A stretch of 63,871 bases of DNA, filler included, from Octopus bimaculoides (taxonomy: Eukaryota): assembly GCF_001194135.2 (NCBI RefSeq). It is 7 parts of 6 records of this genome, joined end to end, with 100 filler letters (N's around TTAATTAATTAA, not from the genome) between each part and the next. Parts side by side here need not be neighbours in the genome. Positions count along the whole stretch, not along the records: positions 1 to 10,911 come from NC_068986.1; positions 11,012 to 25,424 come from NC_068988.1; 5 more parts are not named here. The stretch is one strand, 5' to 3'. Below are positions 1 to 13,076 of this stretch, piece after piece; position 1 is the first letter of the stretch, and every line of letters begins with the position of its first letter. The notes under the pieces were generated by a model that saw nothing but the letters and a program-made list of their open reading frames with translations, searched no databases and was not told where the DNA came from. The position numbers and the translations under genes are program-made.

Positions 1-39
1 CATGGAAAGCGGACGTTAAACGATGATGATGATGATGAT

Positions 40-177
40 GAACACCACTGGAAAATACGAAAACTAAAAGAAGCAGCACATATGCTAAGACACAACAACC
101 TCCTAAGCAGATTGAGTGCAGATATGAGTAGCATATGGGAACCGGTATTAAGGAAGGATAGGAGAATATTAGATTTA
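40..177 (+). mobile_element. Penelope-like element fragment, C-terminal end of the GIY-YIG endonuclease region
   Basis: Manual translation EHHWKIRKLKEAAHMLRHNNLLSRLSADMSSIWEPVLRK fits the E..W..RK.KEA..(I/M)......L.R......IW.P pattern I recall for PLE C-termini. Short remnant only. Confidence 0.55.
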
Positions 178-236
178 TAAGCACTAAAATTCACTCTATA
201 ATTGCTCACAAGCTTACTTAACCCCATGTGTGTGTT

Positions 237-288
<52 letters not shown>

Positions 289-375
289 CGTGCACACATG
301 CATGCATGTATGTATGTTTGTTTGTACTTATGCATATACATACAGAGAGAGAGAGTTAATTTTTTCCTTTCTTAC

Positions 376-498
376 CTTCAAACGTTCACAAAGCTTGTTG
401 AAACGATGCACCAGTGCTATAATTTGGTCTGAAACTTCTGTTAAATAGCCAATAGGTGGGTAGGTATCTAAACATATCGCATGAAACTGGTTGCTTTC
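376..498 (-). CDS. MVD: Diphosphomevalonate decarboxylase, internal exon ([19 protein letters not shown]...RLK)
   Basis: 41 codons matching human MVD DSNQFHATCLDTFPPISYL. Bounded by a tttttctcAG acceptor (499-500) and a GTAAG donor (371-375), phase 0/0. The gene continues off the left edge. Confidence 0.95.
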
Positions 499-1213
499 CT
501 GAGAAAAACAAAACAATAAAACAAAGAAGAAAGATTACTAAACAAAAGTTTTTAATTAAAACAACAGCAATAAAAGCAAAAGTAATAATGATGCTGGTGG
601 GTTTTTACTTTTTTCTTTTTCTTAAATTTATACAAAACAAATTTGTTCAGGAGTATCATCATCATCCAAATCAAGTCTAGCACCAGCTGTTAATTATAAT
701 AATGACAAGAGTCTCTAATGTTAATTTTTTAAATAGACACAAGGCTTCAAGTTTGAAGGAAGGGAATTGTCAATTATATCAACCCTGATACTTGACTGGT
801 ACTTGGTTCCTTAAGAGAATTAGAGACCATACTGAAATAATTAAAAACGGAACTGAAAGCCTTTGTGCCAAACATAAATTATTTAGTAGTAATACAGTAG
901 AAGGAATGAATCAGTCAAAACCACATTCCATCTAATTTCACTGTCAAAAATTGATGAATATAGAGTACAAAACAAAGCTGGATACATTATACCAGGAAGA
1001 AAAAGTAAGGATGGTAACTGCAAGAATACCAGTCAAAAGATGAAAATGGCATATTGGCTAAATGCCATTTTTTATAGACTTGGTTCAACCCATACCTTGT
1101 GAGTGAAACTGGGCAGACAGAAACCATTAAATGGATTATAAAACCCATTAAATGGATTGTACCTTTGAATGGATGGCAGAATCACAAAGTTTGTACATAG
1201 TTACATATCAAAG

Positions 1214-3916
1214 TGTTACAACTATGTGTTATTTGTCATTCAGTCTATCACACGTGTGCATGTATGCATGATGGTTAATTCTGATTGGTTCTTTTTCTAT
1301 ATATAAAACCTGCTGTAAATCGTTTTGCAACAATAAATGCATTTTTAAGCCAGTCTTAGCTACAGCGTGCATTTGGTGTTCTGTTTTCATTTGGCTATGG
1401 CCTGAATTACATATTACTGCAATAGGACTGGCGACGAGGATAGACATGTGTGCTATGCTGCATTTACCCCCACAACTGTGGAGTACTACTTCAGACAAAC
1501 CATCCCCTGCTATATGGAATCGCTGGAAACTTTCATTTTTGGATTATTTAGAACTATTTCTGATACTACAACCAACCATTAATTTATCAGAATGTCACAA
1601 AATAAAGTTATTACGCCAATTTCTCAGTGAGGAAGGACAAAGACACTTCAACGCCTTGAGAATTAGGGAATCTGCCACATTAACTAAAGTGACTGGTTTA
1701 CTGAATGAACTTTAAGGATCTGCTAAAAATGTGTACACAGAAACCTGAAGAAGATTGCAATGATTTCATTGCCAGAATACAAGCTTTACCTGAGTGTAAG
1801 TACAATCTGATTCCTCCAAAAATGTTTGAAAATGAAATGGCTTTGCAATGTCTGCCTTCCGGTATTCGTGATGAGACTGCCTGTTCTAAATTGCTTTCAG
1901 AAGACGAATTAAAACTTACTTGGGAAAAAGACCCTGTGCTATAGTTTGTCAAAGCGAAAACATTTCGCATCAGCTAACTAAATTTTCTATACAAACAGAG
2001 GCAGATGCTATGCAACCTATTACATCTTTAAAAACTTGGCCATCTAGTCTTACAGAAAAATAGTTTACTTATTATCATTGTGAATTTAAACATTATTCTC
2101 CATCTGAGTGCCAGCATCAGCAAACTGTTTGTCATTTATGTGGTAAAACGGGACATCTTGCCAGAGTTTGTCGTACAAAGAACAATGAACACAGTTTCGT
2201 CTTCACAAAAACATTCAGTGCATATGATATAAACAAATCTGGAAAACCAAGACCAAGATTTCGCTTTAAATTCAGTTTTAAACACTACTGTTAACACTAC
2301 AGTCCAACCGCCTCCATACATTGTCGATGTGATAATTAAAGGTCAGTCAGTACGCATGGAAATTGACACAGGCGTTTCAGTCTCTATTGTTACCACTCGT
2401 TCTGTCAGCTGCTTACCACCACTTTCTACAAACTACTCAACTTTAAAAACATATACTGGGCAAGAAATCCCAATAATTGGAGTTTGCAATGTTCTACCCG
2501 TATATGTAACCACTGGAAATCGTCCAAACTTGTTGGGTCGTGATTGGTTATGACAATTACCTGGTATACTCACCATGATTAAAACTGTTTGTGATACGCC
2601 ATCGTTGGAGTAACTGAAAAAGGAATACTGTACTTTGTTTGACACCAATCTTGGAAAATTGAATGGATTTAAAGCAAACATAAAATTATTTTCCAACACA
2701 TCACTGTGGTTTTGTAAAGCTCGAACACTTCCATACGCTTTGCAGCCAAAAGTGGAAGCTGAATTACGTTTACAGTTAGGTGTTATTGTTCCAGTTCAAT
2801 ATTCTGATTGAGCAGCTCCCATTGTACCGGTGATGAAACCAGATGGCTCAGTGCACATTTGTGGAGATTATAAACTTACAGTCAACCAGTCAACTGTTTT
2901 AGACAAGTACTCGTTACTTAAAATATAAGATTTGTTTGCCACTCTGGTGGGGAGCCAAAAGTTCACAAAAATTGCACTCGGTCATGCATATTCCCAGATT
3001 GAACTTGATGACAATTCTCATGCTTGCATACCGAGATGCTTTACTAATCACTGGGTATTCCGATGATGAACATCTTCATACATTATCCATCATAATTGAT
3101 CGTCTTCACAAAAACAGATTAAAACTGAAGAACAAATGTGAGTTTTTTTGTGATTCTGTTTGTTATCTTGGTTACCTACTTAATAAAGATGGTTTGCAAA
3201 TAAAGAGTGATAAAGCGCAGCCTATTTTAAATGCACCAGAACTTAAAAACAATAGTGAGTTAAGATCATCTGTAGGAATGTTATCACATTATCGTCATTT
3301 TTTACCAAATATTTCAACAGTGCTGACACCCTTATATTCCTTATTGCATAAAGATTCCCTTTGGGGGTGGAATGTTGAACATCAGAAAGTGTGTGCTACA
3401 GCTAATAAGTTACTTACTAGTTCAGCTGTACTTGTGCATTATGACCTGCATAAACGTTTAATGTTACAATGTGATGCATCACCATCAGGGCTAGGTGCAG
3501 CCCTTTGTCATCAAATGGATGACAGTACTGTTCGTACTGTAGCCTTTGCCTCACATACTCTGTTACCAGCTGAAAAGAACTATTCTCAGTTGGACAAAGA
3601 AGCACTTGCAGTTTTATTTGGTGTTAAGTGATTCCATCAATATGTTTGGGGCCACTGATCATAATAAACCTTTGATTGCACTACTTGGAGAAGAGCAGGG
3701 TATTCACAAATGTGCTAACCTAGAATGCAGAAATAGGCTTTGATGTTAAATGCTTATAGTTATAGTATACATTACGTTCCTGGGCCTAAGAATGTTACTG
3801 CTGATGTTTTGCAACAATAAATGTTTTTTTTTTTAAGCCAGTCTTATCTACAGTGTGCATTTGGTGTTCTGTTTTCATTAGGCTATGGCCTGAATTACAT
3901 ATTACTGGAATAGGAC
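1214..3916 (+). mobile_element. Decayed Ty3/Gypsy LTR retrotransposon lacking integrase, antisense in an MVD intron
   Basis: Gag CCHC knuckle CHLCGKTGHLARVC (2130-2171), protease MEIDTGVSVS (~2356), [22 protein letters not shown] (~2815-2875), RNase H QCDASPSGLGAAL (~3467). Many stops and frameshifts. 1322-1428 is repeated at 3806-3916 (LTR part). The 5' LTR start at 1214 is approximate. Confidence 0.92.
1429..1441 (+). promoter_or_regulatory. Primer-binding site of the Gypsy element, complementary to the 3' end of tRNA-Ser(GCU)
   Basis: TGGCGACGAGGAT directly follows the LTR-like repeat. It is the reverse complement of ...AUCCUCGUCGCCA, the animal tRNA-Ser(GCU) 3' end as I recall it. Confidence 0.8.
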
Positions 3917-4013
3917 TGGTACTTATTACAAGGGATATTCTATTTATTACATTCTCAATATTGAACATTTGATACAATTTCATGTGATAGCAAAAAGAAG
4001 CATTAAAATTTAC

Positions 4014-4329
4014 CTTCATGCAAATTTGAGCAAACTTCTCAAAATCTTTCTCTGCAATGGATGCCCGCAGTTCTGCTAATCTACGAGGTACTATGCACTC
4101 CACTCGAGAGCGTAGTAATTCACTAGTATTTACACTGTTTTGCATACCAACTGTGCTACTAACAGTTTTGGGTTGTTCACTGACAACCAACAGTAATGCT
4201 CTTAATTCTGGCCAATGATCATAGGGAGCAATCTGTCTGGCCAATGAGTCTGATCCATCACTGCAATGTCCTAAATCCCACTCCACAAAGCCACCATACA
4301 TACTCCGACAGGCACTTCCTGAGCCTAAC
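4014..4329 (-). CDS. MVD: Diphosphomevalonate decarboxylase, internal exon ([17 protein letters not shown]...ICMK)
   Basis: GSGSACRS and GGFVEW motifs plus [13 protein letters not shown]. Acceptor tttttctccAG at 4330-4331, donor GT at 4012-4013. 316 bp, phases compatible with both neighbouring exons. Confidence 0.96.
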
Positions 4330-5000
4330 CTGGAGAAAAAACAATAGGTTTAATGATGAAGCAGCCACAGCTTACAAAGAGAAATAACAGATAATATATG
4401 TAGTAGTAGTAGTAGTAGTTTTTATGAGAGAGCACTGAAAAAGGACAAAAGCAGTACACTTTTAAATATATATTAAATATATAAAAAGCAAATAATCAAC
4501 TAACTCCTCCTCTACAAATTTGGAAGGGAGTAACTGACTGAAATCTTACTTCATCAAATCTGGAAGATAAAATTTTTCAAAAAACAGTGGAATGTGTGTT
4601 ACAGTATTGTATGTACATTAGTTCTAATTTACTTAATTGATAATAATTTAATATGATATTCAATAGGTTTTTTACTTACAAAAAAATTTTTAATTTTGAA
4701 GTAGCAAGTAACCCAAATTTTAAAAAAACAGAAAATGCAGTCCTAGAAAAGTAGCAAAAGCTGGTACTTGTAGTGGTTTAATCTGACAGAATGTGTAACT
4801 AATAAAACTAAAATAGTAAATGTGTAAATAAAGCAGGTCACCTGAATAATATACCTATATATTTGATTCATGTAAATTGAGATGGGGTGATATTTTAAAA
4901 TTTAGAAATTTGCATATTATCGGAACAGGTGTTTTGGTAGTTGGCTTCTCCTGCCAACTGTAAAATCTATCAACACCTCATTTCCACCTCACAGTATCTA

Positions 5001-5041
<41 letters not shown>

Positions 5042-5186
5042 TAGCTACTACTAATACTACAGACTGGTTTTCTTAGAGTTTCCTATGAATAATTTTTTAT
5101 TATTTTCAAAACTAATCGAAACACATAAGCAGTGTATTTCAATACAAATGTTGTCACAGAAAGATTAAAGCATTCCAAAGTCTTAC

Positions 5187-5241
5187 CTGGCAATGCCAGA
5201 GAGATCACCTTCTACTTCAAACAGGTTAGCCATTGCAGTAA
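5187..5241 (-). CDS. MVD: Diphosphomevalonate decarboxylase, 55-bp exon (VTAMANLFEVEGDLSGIAR)
   Basis: Aligns to human AYTLARVYGVESDLSEVAR. Acceptor ttttAG and donor GTAAG; phase 1 in and phase 2 out give a continuous frame. Confidence 0.9.
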
Positions 5242-6049
5242 CTAAAAGGTAAAAATAATTTAATAGGTTAGTTTGTTCAGAGACAAAAAAAAAATCAATA
5301 GAATGTAAATATATATCATCATCATCACAATTTAACATCCATGTTTTCTGCTGGCATGAGTTGGAATGTTTAACAGGAGACTGCAACATACTCCAACATC
5401 TGTTTGGTATAGTTTCTATGAATGAGATGTTCTTCCTAATGCCAACCACTTTACAGTATGCACTTAGTGCTTTTTTAATGGCATCAGCAAAAGTTAGGTT
5501 GCCATACAGCAAGAACAGTTCAAGACAGTTGTCCCTGCAATGCTAGTCAAAAGATGCTAGTAATTAACAAGTAAACATACACTTCCAGTATGGCCACAGA
5601 AGACACAATTTCTTGCTCTGGCTTTCTCGCTTAATTCTAAGCAGAGTGGTTTAACTATGAAAACCTGAGATATTTCACTCCCTTAAAGTATTACACATCC
5701 AAAGATTAATAGATAAGCTTACTGTGTGGGATAATCAAAGTCAAAAGTTTGGTCTTGTATCAAAAGATGAAAAAAGATTATCTGATCTTCAGAGTATAAA
5801 TCTATGCTCTTGAATCATCATCATCATCATTTAACGTCTATTGTTGGCATGGGTTGGGTGGTTTGACCAGGGCTGGCAAGCTGGAAGGCTGCACCAGATT
5901 CCAGTCTGATTTGGCACAGTTTCTACAGCTGGGTGCCCTTCCTAACATCAACCACTGCACTGTATTACATACCTCAGCGGCTTAGAAGATAAGAACATTA
6001 CAAGTTTACCTTACAAATAAATATTATAAACAGTATGAGAAACACTGCC

Positions 6050-6470
6050 TTCTAAATGACTGCATGGGTGCTCAGAAGTGAGACACCCATTAGCTTTTGT
6101 AAAGATATGCAGGGAATGACATTGAACATTTTGGGGATATTTTGCTTGTGCTTGAGATCATGGCACTCTCACATTCCTGAACCTGCAACCTATATTGGCA
6201 CTGGATATCTTGCTCTGGCTTACCTCTGGATCATGTCTGTAGGGTGGAGGTCTGTTAGGTTCTGTGCAAGCAATATTGGACCTAAAATTTTGGGTTGTGC
6301 AATTACCAGCAAGGTGACTATCTGATGTCTGATTGAGTAGGAGGGTGCCACAGCAATCATGGAATCTACAGATGTAAACCTAAGTGGAGCCAACTTCTGG
6401 CGCAATAACCTCATGCACAGGCATTAGTAGTATTTTGCAAGGGCAATGGTCAGTAATGGTCTTCCTCTGT
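6050..6470 (-). mobile_element. Possible degenerate LINE (RTE-like) 5' fragment
   Basis: More balanced composition than the flanks and a decayed I.xWNVR-like stretch (AATATAGGTTGCAGGTTCAGGAATGTGAGA on the minus strand). Weak. Confidence 0.25.
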
Positions 6471-6490
6471 CACAAGTGGACCGCCTTCAT

Positions 6491-6549
<59 letters not shown>

Positions 6550-7358
6550 TATTTGCAGAGATATGACTACTTCAATTCAATGTCCTTGAGATGATAGGGT
6601 GAGCTCTGAGGGAAATTTGGCTGCTATTTCTAACAATCTGAGCAATCTCATAAAAGCTGTCTTTAGGTGGTTCAAAGGAAACTTGGTTGTCATTTTTTAA
6701 ACCCAGATCAATCCCAGATCAGACTTATCATGAAAAATGTTCCACTTGTGACCATCTCATCTTTTTGTGTATCAGAAACATCACCAAATAGTAAAGTGTA
6801 ATTTGAGAAATCTGGCTGCTATATTAACTGTACTGTTTTTCTTCAAATATATGTGTACATCAAAATATACTACATTTCTACCCTATTGTAAACAGGTCCA
6901 ATTCCATAATCATCAACTTACAAAAGCATTTCCTTCTTTTCTTTGAGATCTTTAGAAGGGAGAAGTGGGGCAGGAGGCTGTTTGACATTCAAATTTCAGG
7001 AGATATATATGCCATTTAAATGGCATATATCCTGCACAGTTAGCCATTTGCAAATTGTTGCAGAAAAATAATTAAAAACAAAAAAAATGAGATGACAGGT
7101 AGTTTAAATATTTTAATCCTAACCTGATATAAAACTTCTCATTTTGAAGTTTTAAAATATTCAAATTAAAATGTTCCATCGTAAAAACTTTCCCTTAAAA
7201 GACATTTCACAAAGAAATTTAATGACAAAGTTACCTGCATTACTAAATATCTTCAAATTTTTGAATCTTTTCAAAATAAATTGAAACTCAACACAGAGGC
7301 AGTGTATTTTATTAGAAATGTGGTCACAAAAGGATTTTAAAAATGGAGATGATCTTAC

Positions 7359-7508
7359 CTAAACAAGAATATCCTGCAGCAGATGAAGCTAAACCAGCTG
7401 AAACAGGAAAGTTGTTCTCAGAGCAAATATGAAGATGCCAGTTTAACATGTCCTCTTTGTTAGTTTTGCCATTTTTCTCACCATTACACCGAAAGGCTCG
7501 ATGCTTAA
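7359..7508 (-). CDS. MVD: Diphosphomevalonate decarboxylase, exon with the GHMP phosphate-binding loop (HICSENNFPVSAGLASSAAGYSCL)
   Basis: Manual translation; this exon is below the ORF-track length cutoff. NNFPxxAGLASSAAGY motif; CAG acceptor and GTAAG donor; 150 bp, phase 1/1. The N-terminal exons were not found in called sequence. Confidence 0.93.
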
Positions 7509-10229
7509 CTGGAAAAAAAATAATAAATCATATGTAATACATATACATCAGACAAGTGCTGTCAGTAATTACTCAGAGTAGGCAGTTGGCGACCTTTAAG
7601 TAGTAAAACACACAAGAAATAAGCGAAACACAGGTGTGCGACTGAGTTGAAGGCAGATCTATTTCTGCCTTTATAGCATGTAAAGAAAACAGTGTTGTAG
7701 AAATGTACACAGCATAGTACAGCAGTACTATGTGTAGCTTAAATACTGAGATTGAAAAGCAGGGCTGAATTATGCCTACCTAATCTGCAAAAAAATAAAA
7801 CATCTTGCATTTTATGCATAGTAATCAGACTAACCTTCATAATTTTATTGAATTAGGTGCATATTTTGCCACGAGAGGAAAATGTTGCTATCAATCTATT
7901 TTATTCAAGGTAGGCACTGCCTACCTGGCCTACCTAGGTGGCACATCCCTGATATGCATAGTCATACACACATAATACAGATACATAAACAAACATTCTT
8001 TTACTGGTTTCACTCATTCGACTATGGCTATGCTGTGGAACCCACCTCGAAGGACTTCAGTTGATTCCATAAACAGCAGTACACTGCCGAGCTCTGATTT
8101 TATCAATTTCATAAGAGAGAAAGGAAATGTTAGGTTGTTTATAAAGCAACATATTCAGAATGGGACTAAATATCACCAATGAAAGATATTTTCCTTCAAT
8201 GTTCTAATTCAGCCATGTGTGTGTGTGTATTTACATGTATACTAGCAATGCATTCCAGCATTGCCTGGGTGTTATGAACTACAGGCACATTGCATTGTTT
8301 GCTCCTTTCTTATAGGTAGAATCGGTACCACTGATATATAGCTAATGGCATAATGGAAGTTATTGTTTGTTTAAAAGTGATGGNNNNNNNNNNNNNNNNN
8401 NNNNNNNNNNNNNNNNNNNNNNNNNNNNNNNNNNNNNNNNNNNNNNNNNNNNNNNNNNNNNNNNNNNNNNNNNNNNNNNNNNNNNNNNNNNNNNNNNNNN
8501 NNNNNNNNNNNNNNNNNNNNNNNNNNNNNNNNNNNNNNNNNNNNNNNNNNNNNNNNNNNNNNNNNNNNNNNNNNNNNNNNNNNNNNNNNNNNNNNNNNNN
8601 NNNNNNNNNNNNNNNNNNNNNNNNNNNNNNNNNNNNNNNNNNNNNNNNNNNNNNNNNNNNNNNNNNNNNNNNNNNNNNNNNNNNNNNNNNNNNNNNNNNN
8701 NNNNNNNNNNNNNNNNNNNNNNNNNNNNNNNNNNNNNNNNNNNNNNNNNNNNNNNNNNNNNNNNNNNNNNNNNNNNNNNNNNNNNNNNNNNNNNNNNNNN
8801 NNNNNNNNNNNNNNNNNNNNNNNNNNNNNNNNNNNNNNNNNNNNNNNNNNNNNNNNNNNNNNNNNNNNNNNNNNNNNNNNNNNNNNNNNNNNNNNNNNNN
8901 NNNNNNNNNNNNNNNNNNNNNNNNNNNNNNNNNNNNNNNNNNNNAGATGGGTAAAATTCTTAAAGATTTGTACTCTCTGTTTTTTCTCCATGGATTACCA
9001 AGAAAAAATTTTTGAAGAAAGTAAAAAATGAATTTAGTGTGGAGAAGGAGAAAATGAAAATATTGAGAATGTGTTTTGTGGGTGAAATCCTAATGTCCTG
9101 TTTCACAAACATGGAAATTGGAAGAAATTTAGGAAAAAAATAAGGTGTGGGAGCAAAAATGTCACCTTGGGCATGCTAGAAAGAAGAGGTAAAGGACAGG
9201 ATTTCTGGGGAAACTTTCTTTCAAGTTTATATCGAAGATCAGGTTTTTAAATACCCTCATCACAAACACAAATTACACAATAGCAAAAGATCATTTCAAT
9301 TGGATTTGAGCTTTAAATTTGCACGTGCACACTGCAAGAAATAACATAATTTGCACAGAAGTATTCTTTCATTTGAAGAAGCAATGTTGTCAACTCGACA
9401 TATATGGGATCATATGATTGTTTGTTAATTTCCGTAAAATTCTTTTGATTTCTTTATGCTTTGAAGAGAGCAGAAATTGAAAGAGAGGATAAAGTGAATG
9501 CCATATTGTCACGTAACATACTTCGTATAAATTCTATGCATTAAGTTTAAAATTAGAGTTCACAAGAGATCATCAATAAGATAAGTGATGCTGTTTATTT
9601 TACTGATATTGTCTAACGTTAGAATTTATTTATTTAATAACACTATCTTTTTATATGTATTTCTGTTCATAAAGATGTTTACCATTAGTCCACAGATATT
9701 ATTTTAGATGAATCATACCTTTAACTTGAATTATTAGTATTGAGTGTTTACATTTCATTTATTGTACTAACGAGAGCTTTCCTATAAGTACTGATATTTT
9801 TATTATTTATTTAGTAAGATACGTTATTTGAATTCTTATTTTTTCCAGAGACCTGATGAGTGACTATATTTTGAGTAGAATATAATCTTTATCAATTTAT
9901 TGTGAATTGAACTGGTACTTTCTGCTATAATGTGGCCACAAAACGCGCGTAGTCAACACTTTACCTTCTATTTTATCAATTTACTAAGTTGAATTACATT
10001 TTAGTTTAGTATTTTATAGATTTTTATGGATTTTATACTTTTTTTTTAGATTTGATAGATTTTTAAATAAGTATTTTGTAGAGTAAGCTTTTCTTGATGG
10101 TGATTGGTTTCCTTCATTGTTTGAATTGTATATTGGTGGTTCTTCTCTAAAGGAGCTGTTGTGGTAGCAGACCACGAAACATGGTTGAAATTCCTCAGAT
10201 ACTGACTGCAGGGAAAGACTTGCTGACAA

Positions 10230-10911
10230 TCCAGAAAGAGGGATGACAAAGCGGAGAGACGCTTGACAGTACAACAGCGTAACGAAGGATCAATGGGCTT
10301 GCAGCCCGATCCGGGTTAAAATTGCAACGAAAAAGCATGGGAAATCATGCCCCCATGATCCCGGACCACGGGGGGAAAATAAAGGATCAAATAGGGATGG
10401 AAAAAAACGAAACAGACTTGGACCGCAAATGGATAATGAGAAAGGATGCGGTAAAGGATTGGTAGACGAGGAATTCAGCTGCAGCGGAAATGTGTTTGCT
10501 AGTTACATCGGGCTCAGAATCCACCAAGGGAAGGTATGTCAGAAGAAAGTAATTCAACAGCGCGGGTTGATGAACCATAAGACGTGTGGCCAGAACCTCC
10601 GGGAAAATAACCACAGCGAGGGACATTCCACAGTTGAATTAGAACAGTCACAAACAGTGATAGGCATGAAGAAGACAAAGATTAAGTGGCCGAAAGCAAA
10701 TGACGCAGCAAGTTATAAAAAATTCGACAACAAGGTAGCAAGAATGACCACCAAATTCAAAGGCGACGACGAACAAAAACTCGAGAACCTGGCTTATACA
10801 ATCTACCAGGAAGGAGAGAAAAGATTTGGACTGGAAACAACAGGAAAGGTAGAATCACCGGCAAAGAGCGGACCATCGAGGAGAGAAAGACGGATTGCAA
10901 AGATTCGAGAA
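10230..10911 (+). mobile_element. 5' end of a HERO-like (restriction-like-endonuclease class) non-LTR retrotransposon, truncated by an assembly gap
   Basis: ORF from 10429 has a zinc-finger-like C....F....GLRIHQGKVC, then IKWPKAND...FD..V, KLENL..TIY..G..RFG and RRERRI..IRE. This is the motif order I recall for HERO-clade N-termini. The frame is open to the gap, and the 5' boundary is approximate. Confidence 0.72.
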
Positions 10912-10955
10912 NNNNNNNNNNNNNNNNNNNNNNNNNNNNNNNNNNNNNNNNNNNN

Positions 10956-10967
10956 TTAATTAATTAA
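10956..10967. other. Assembly spacer TTAATTAATTAA inside N gaps; also at 25469, 34977, 54173, 59674 and 62448
   Basis: An identical palindromic 12-mer with stops in all six frames, always embedded between N runs. Confidence 0.9.
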
Positions 10968-11014
10968 NNNNNNNNNNNNNNNNNNNNNNNNNNNNNNNNN
11001 NNNNNNNNNNNATG

Positions 11015-11065
<51 letters not shown>

Positions 11066-12879
11066 GTATATATATATATGTATATATATATATGTATGTG
11101 TATATATATATGTGTGTGTGTGTATGTATATATGTATATGTATGTTGTATTAGCATACACTTGTAATTTACGTATTCGCTCACACAAACACAAAAACGAA
11201 AACACAAACAAGCGTAATTATGTACAATCATATCTTACCACTCAAACAGCGTTCCAATCTCACCTCTTTTAGAAAGTTGACAGTTTCTTCCAAGAACAAG
11301 ACATATTAGAAATGTGAATATTATTCCAAGTCTTTCTCTCGTGGCCACCCAAGCTCATCTCTGTAGTCATGTTTTTCGGACAATTTTTTATTAAGAAATT
11401 TTACAAGAGCATAGCTATTAAAGAATTTGCAATTACCATTTTAATGGAATTCCGTAGACATTTGTATGGACGACTGATGTATATTGTTAGAAAAATGACA
11501 ACGATTTCGAAATGACATGAGATAAAATATTTCTCTTTTCAGAAATATGGAGATTACATCAACACCACAGAAATAAGATAACACGGTGTTGTGTATGCGA
11601 CTGTTTGATCTGTTAAGAATAAGAGCTAAATCTACCTCAAATTGATATTTTGAATAGGAAGGACATATTGAATAACGTAACTCTTGATATTAGAAAATTC
11701 ATAGAATAGTAATTTTCTGCAACAAGCCAACTGTGTTCTCTACGCGGTCGTTATACATGCTAAAGATAGCAGCCAAATTGCTCTCATACTACACAAAACG
11801 AAGGACATTTTGCTCAGTATAGTTCTTGATAATCCATAATTTCCGGAATAATTACCTTCAGTCACAGGTCAACAGAAGAACTCTCTACGTGATCTTTAGA
11901 TATGCTCGCAATAACAGTCAAATCTCTTTCAAATCACATCTTTAATAAAGCGCCAAGTTACGGGGATGTAAACACACTGACACCGGTAGTCAAGCGGTGG
12001 TGGGGGTACAAACACAGATACTAAGACACAGCATAGATCGGGTTTTGGGGTCTTAGGGAACAAAATTCTAAAGAGCCAAGTTGACAATGTAAATTCCATT
12101 CCCGGCTATACCATGCCACTTCGACGTTTTCAAATTGTTCTGTGATTGGAGTTGAGTGTAATCGATAATCCGTTTGAAGGATGGGCCGCAGTGGAAATTT
12201 CATCCCCGAGATACATCACCAACGAGACACCTTACATGAAACAAAATAATCCTCCAATAAACTGTCATTTTGAAGAAGGAAAGGACACAGTGGCACCTAT
12301 CGCCTTAATGTAGTCCTACATAAAGGCAGCGAGGTGGCAGAATCGATAGCGCAGCGCACTAAATGCATAGTAGTATTTCGTCTGTCATTACATTCTGAGT
12401 TCAAATTCCACCGACGTCGACTTTGCTTTTTATCCTTTCAGGATCGATAAAATAAGCACCAATAGAGCACTAGGGTCGATGTAATCTACTTGCACCCTCC
12501 ACCACAATTACCGGCATTGTGCCAAAATTTGAGAATAATATAGTCCTACAAAACCAAAGAACAGAAGGGATAGTCATGGTTGGGTTACCTTTGGTTGTGG
12601 GTTTGCAAGATCAATGTTAAGCTACGTCTACAAACAACGATAAGAACAACAAATGAGTTTGGCTTTCGTTGGTGATATCTCATTAAATGTTACATAACAT
12701 ATTCATTTCATGTCTCGCTTATTCTATGAAATTTAAAGAGTGTAAAAGATACGAGAATATAATGTTAGTCGTTGATTCAGAGATGTAGATGTTTGGCAAG
12801 TGAATTAATCTGAGACTCTGTTGAAACTGAAGCAATTGCATCGTAGAAAAGTCGTACTAGTTTGGAAATTCAATCAGCA

Positions 12880-12880
12880 C

Positions 12881-12912
<32 letters not shown>

Positions 12913-13041
12913 TAGAGAGAGATGGAGAGAGAGAGAAAGATTGATAGATGGAGAGAGAGACAAAGAGAGATAGATGGAGAGAGAAAGAAAGATACATAGA
13001 GAGAGGGAGAGAAAGAAAGAGAAATAGATAGATAAACAGAA

Positions 13042-13076
<35 letters not shown>

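Noticed and set aside
8353-9015. Long ORFs in the track here and at 16070, 26569, 40462, 44775 and 57806
   Set aside because: They consist of X residues translated from N gaps.
9445-9545. Short open frame LYALKRAEIEREDKVNAILSRNILRINSMH
   Set aside because: No start or splice context and no recognisable homology; it is not the missing MVD N-terminus.
10956-10967. Recurrent perfect palindrome TTAATTAATTAA (6 copies)
   Set aside because: Always sits between N runs and encodes stops in all frames; an assembly spacer, not biology.
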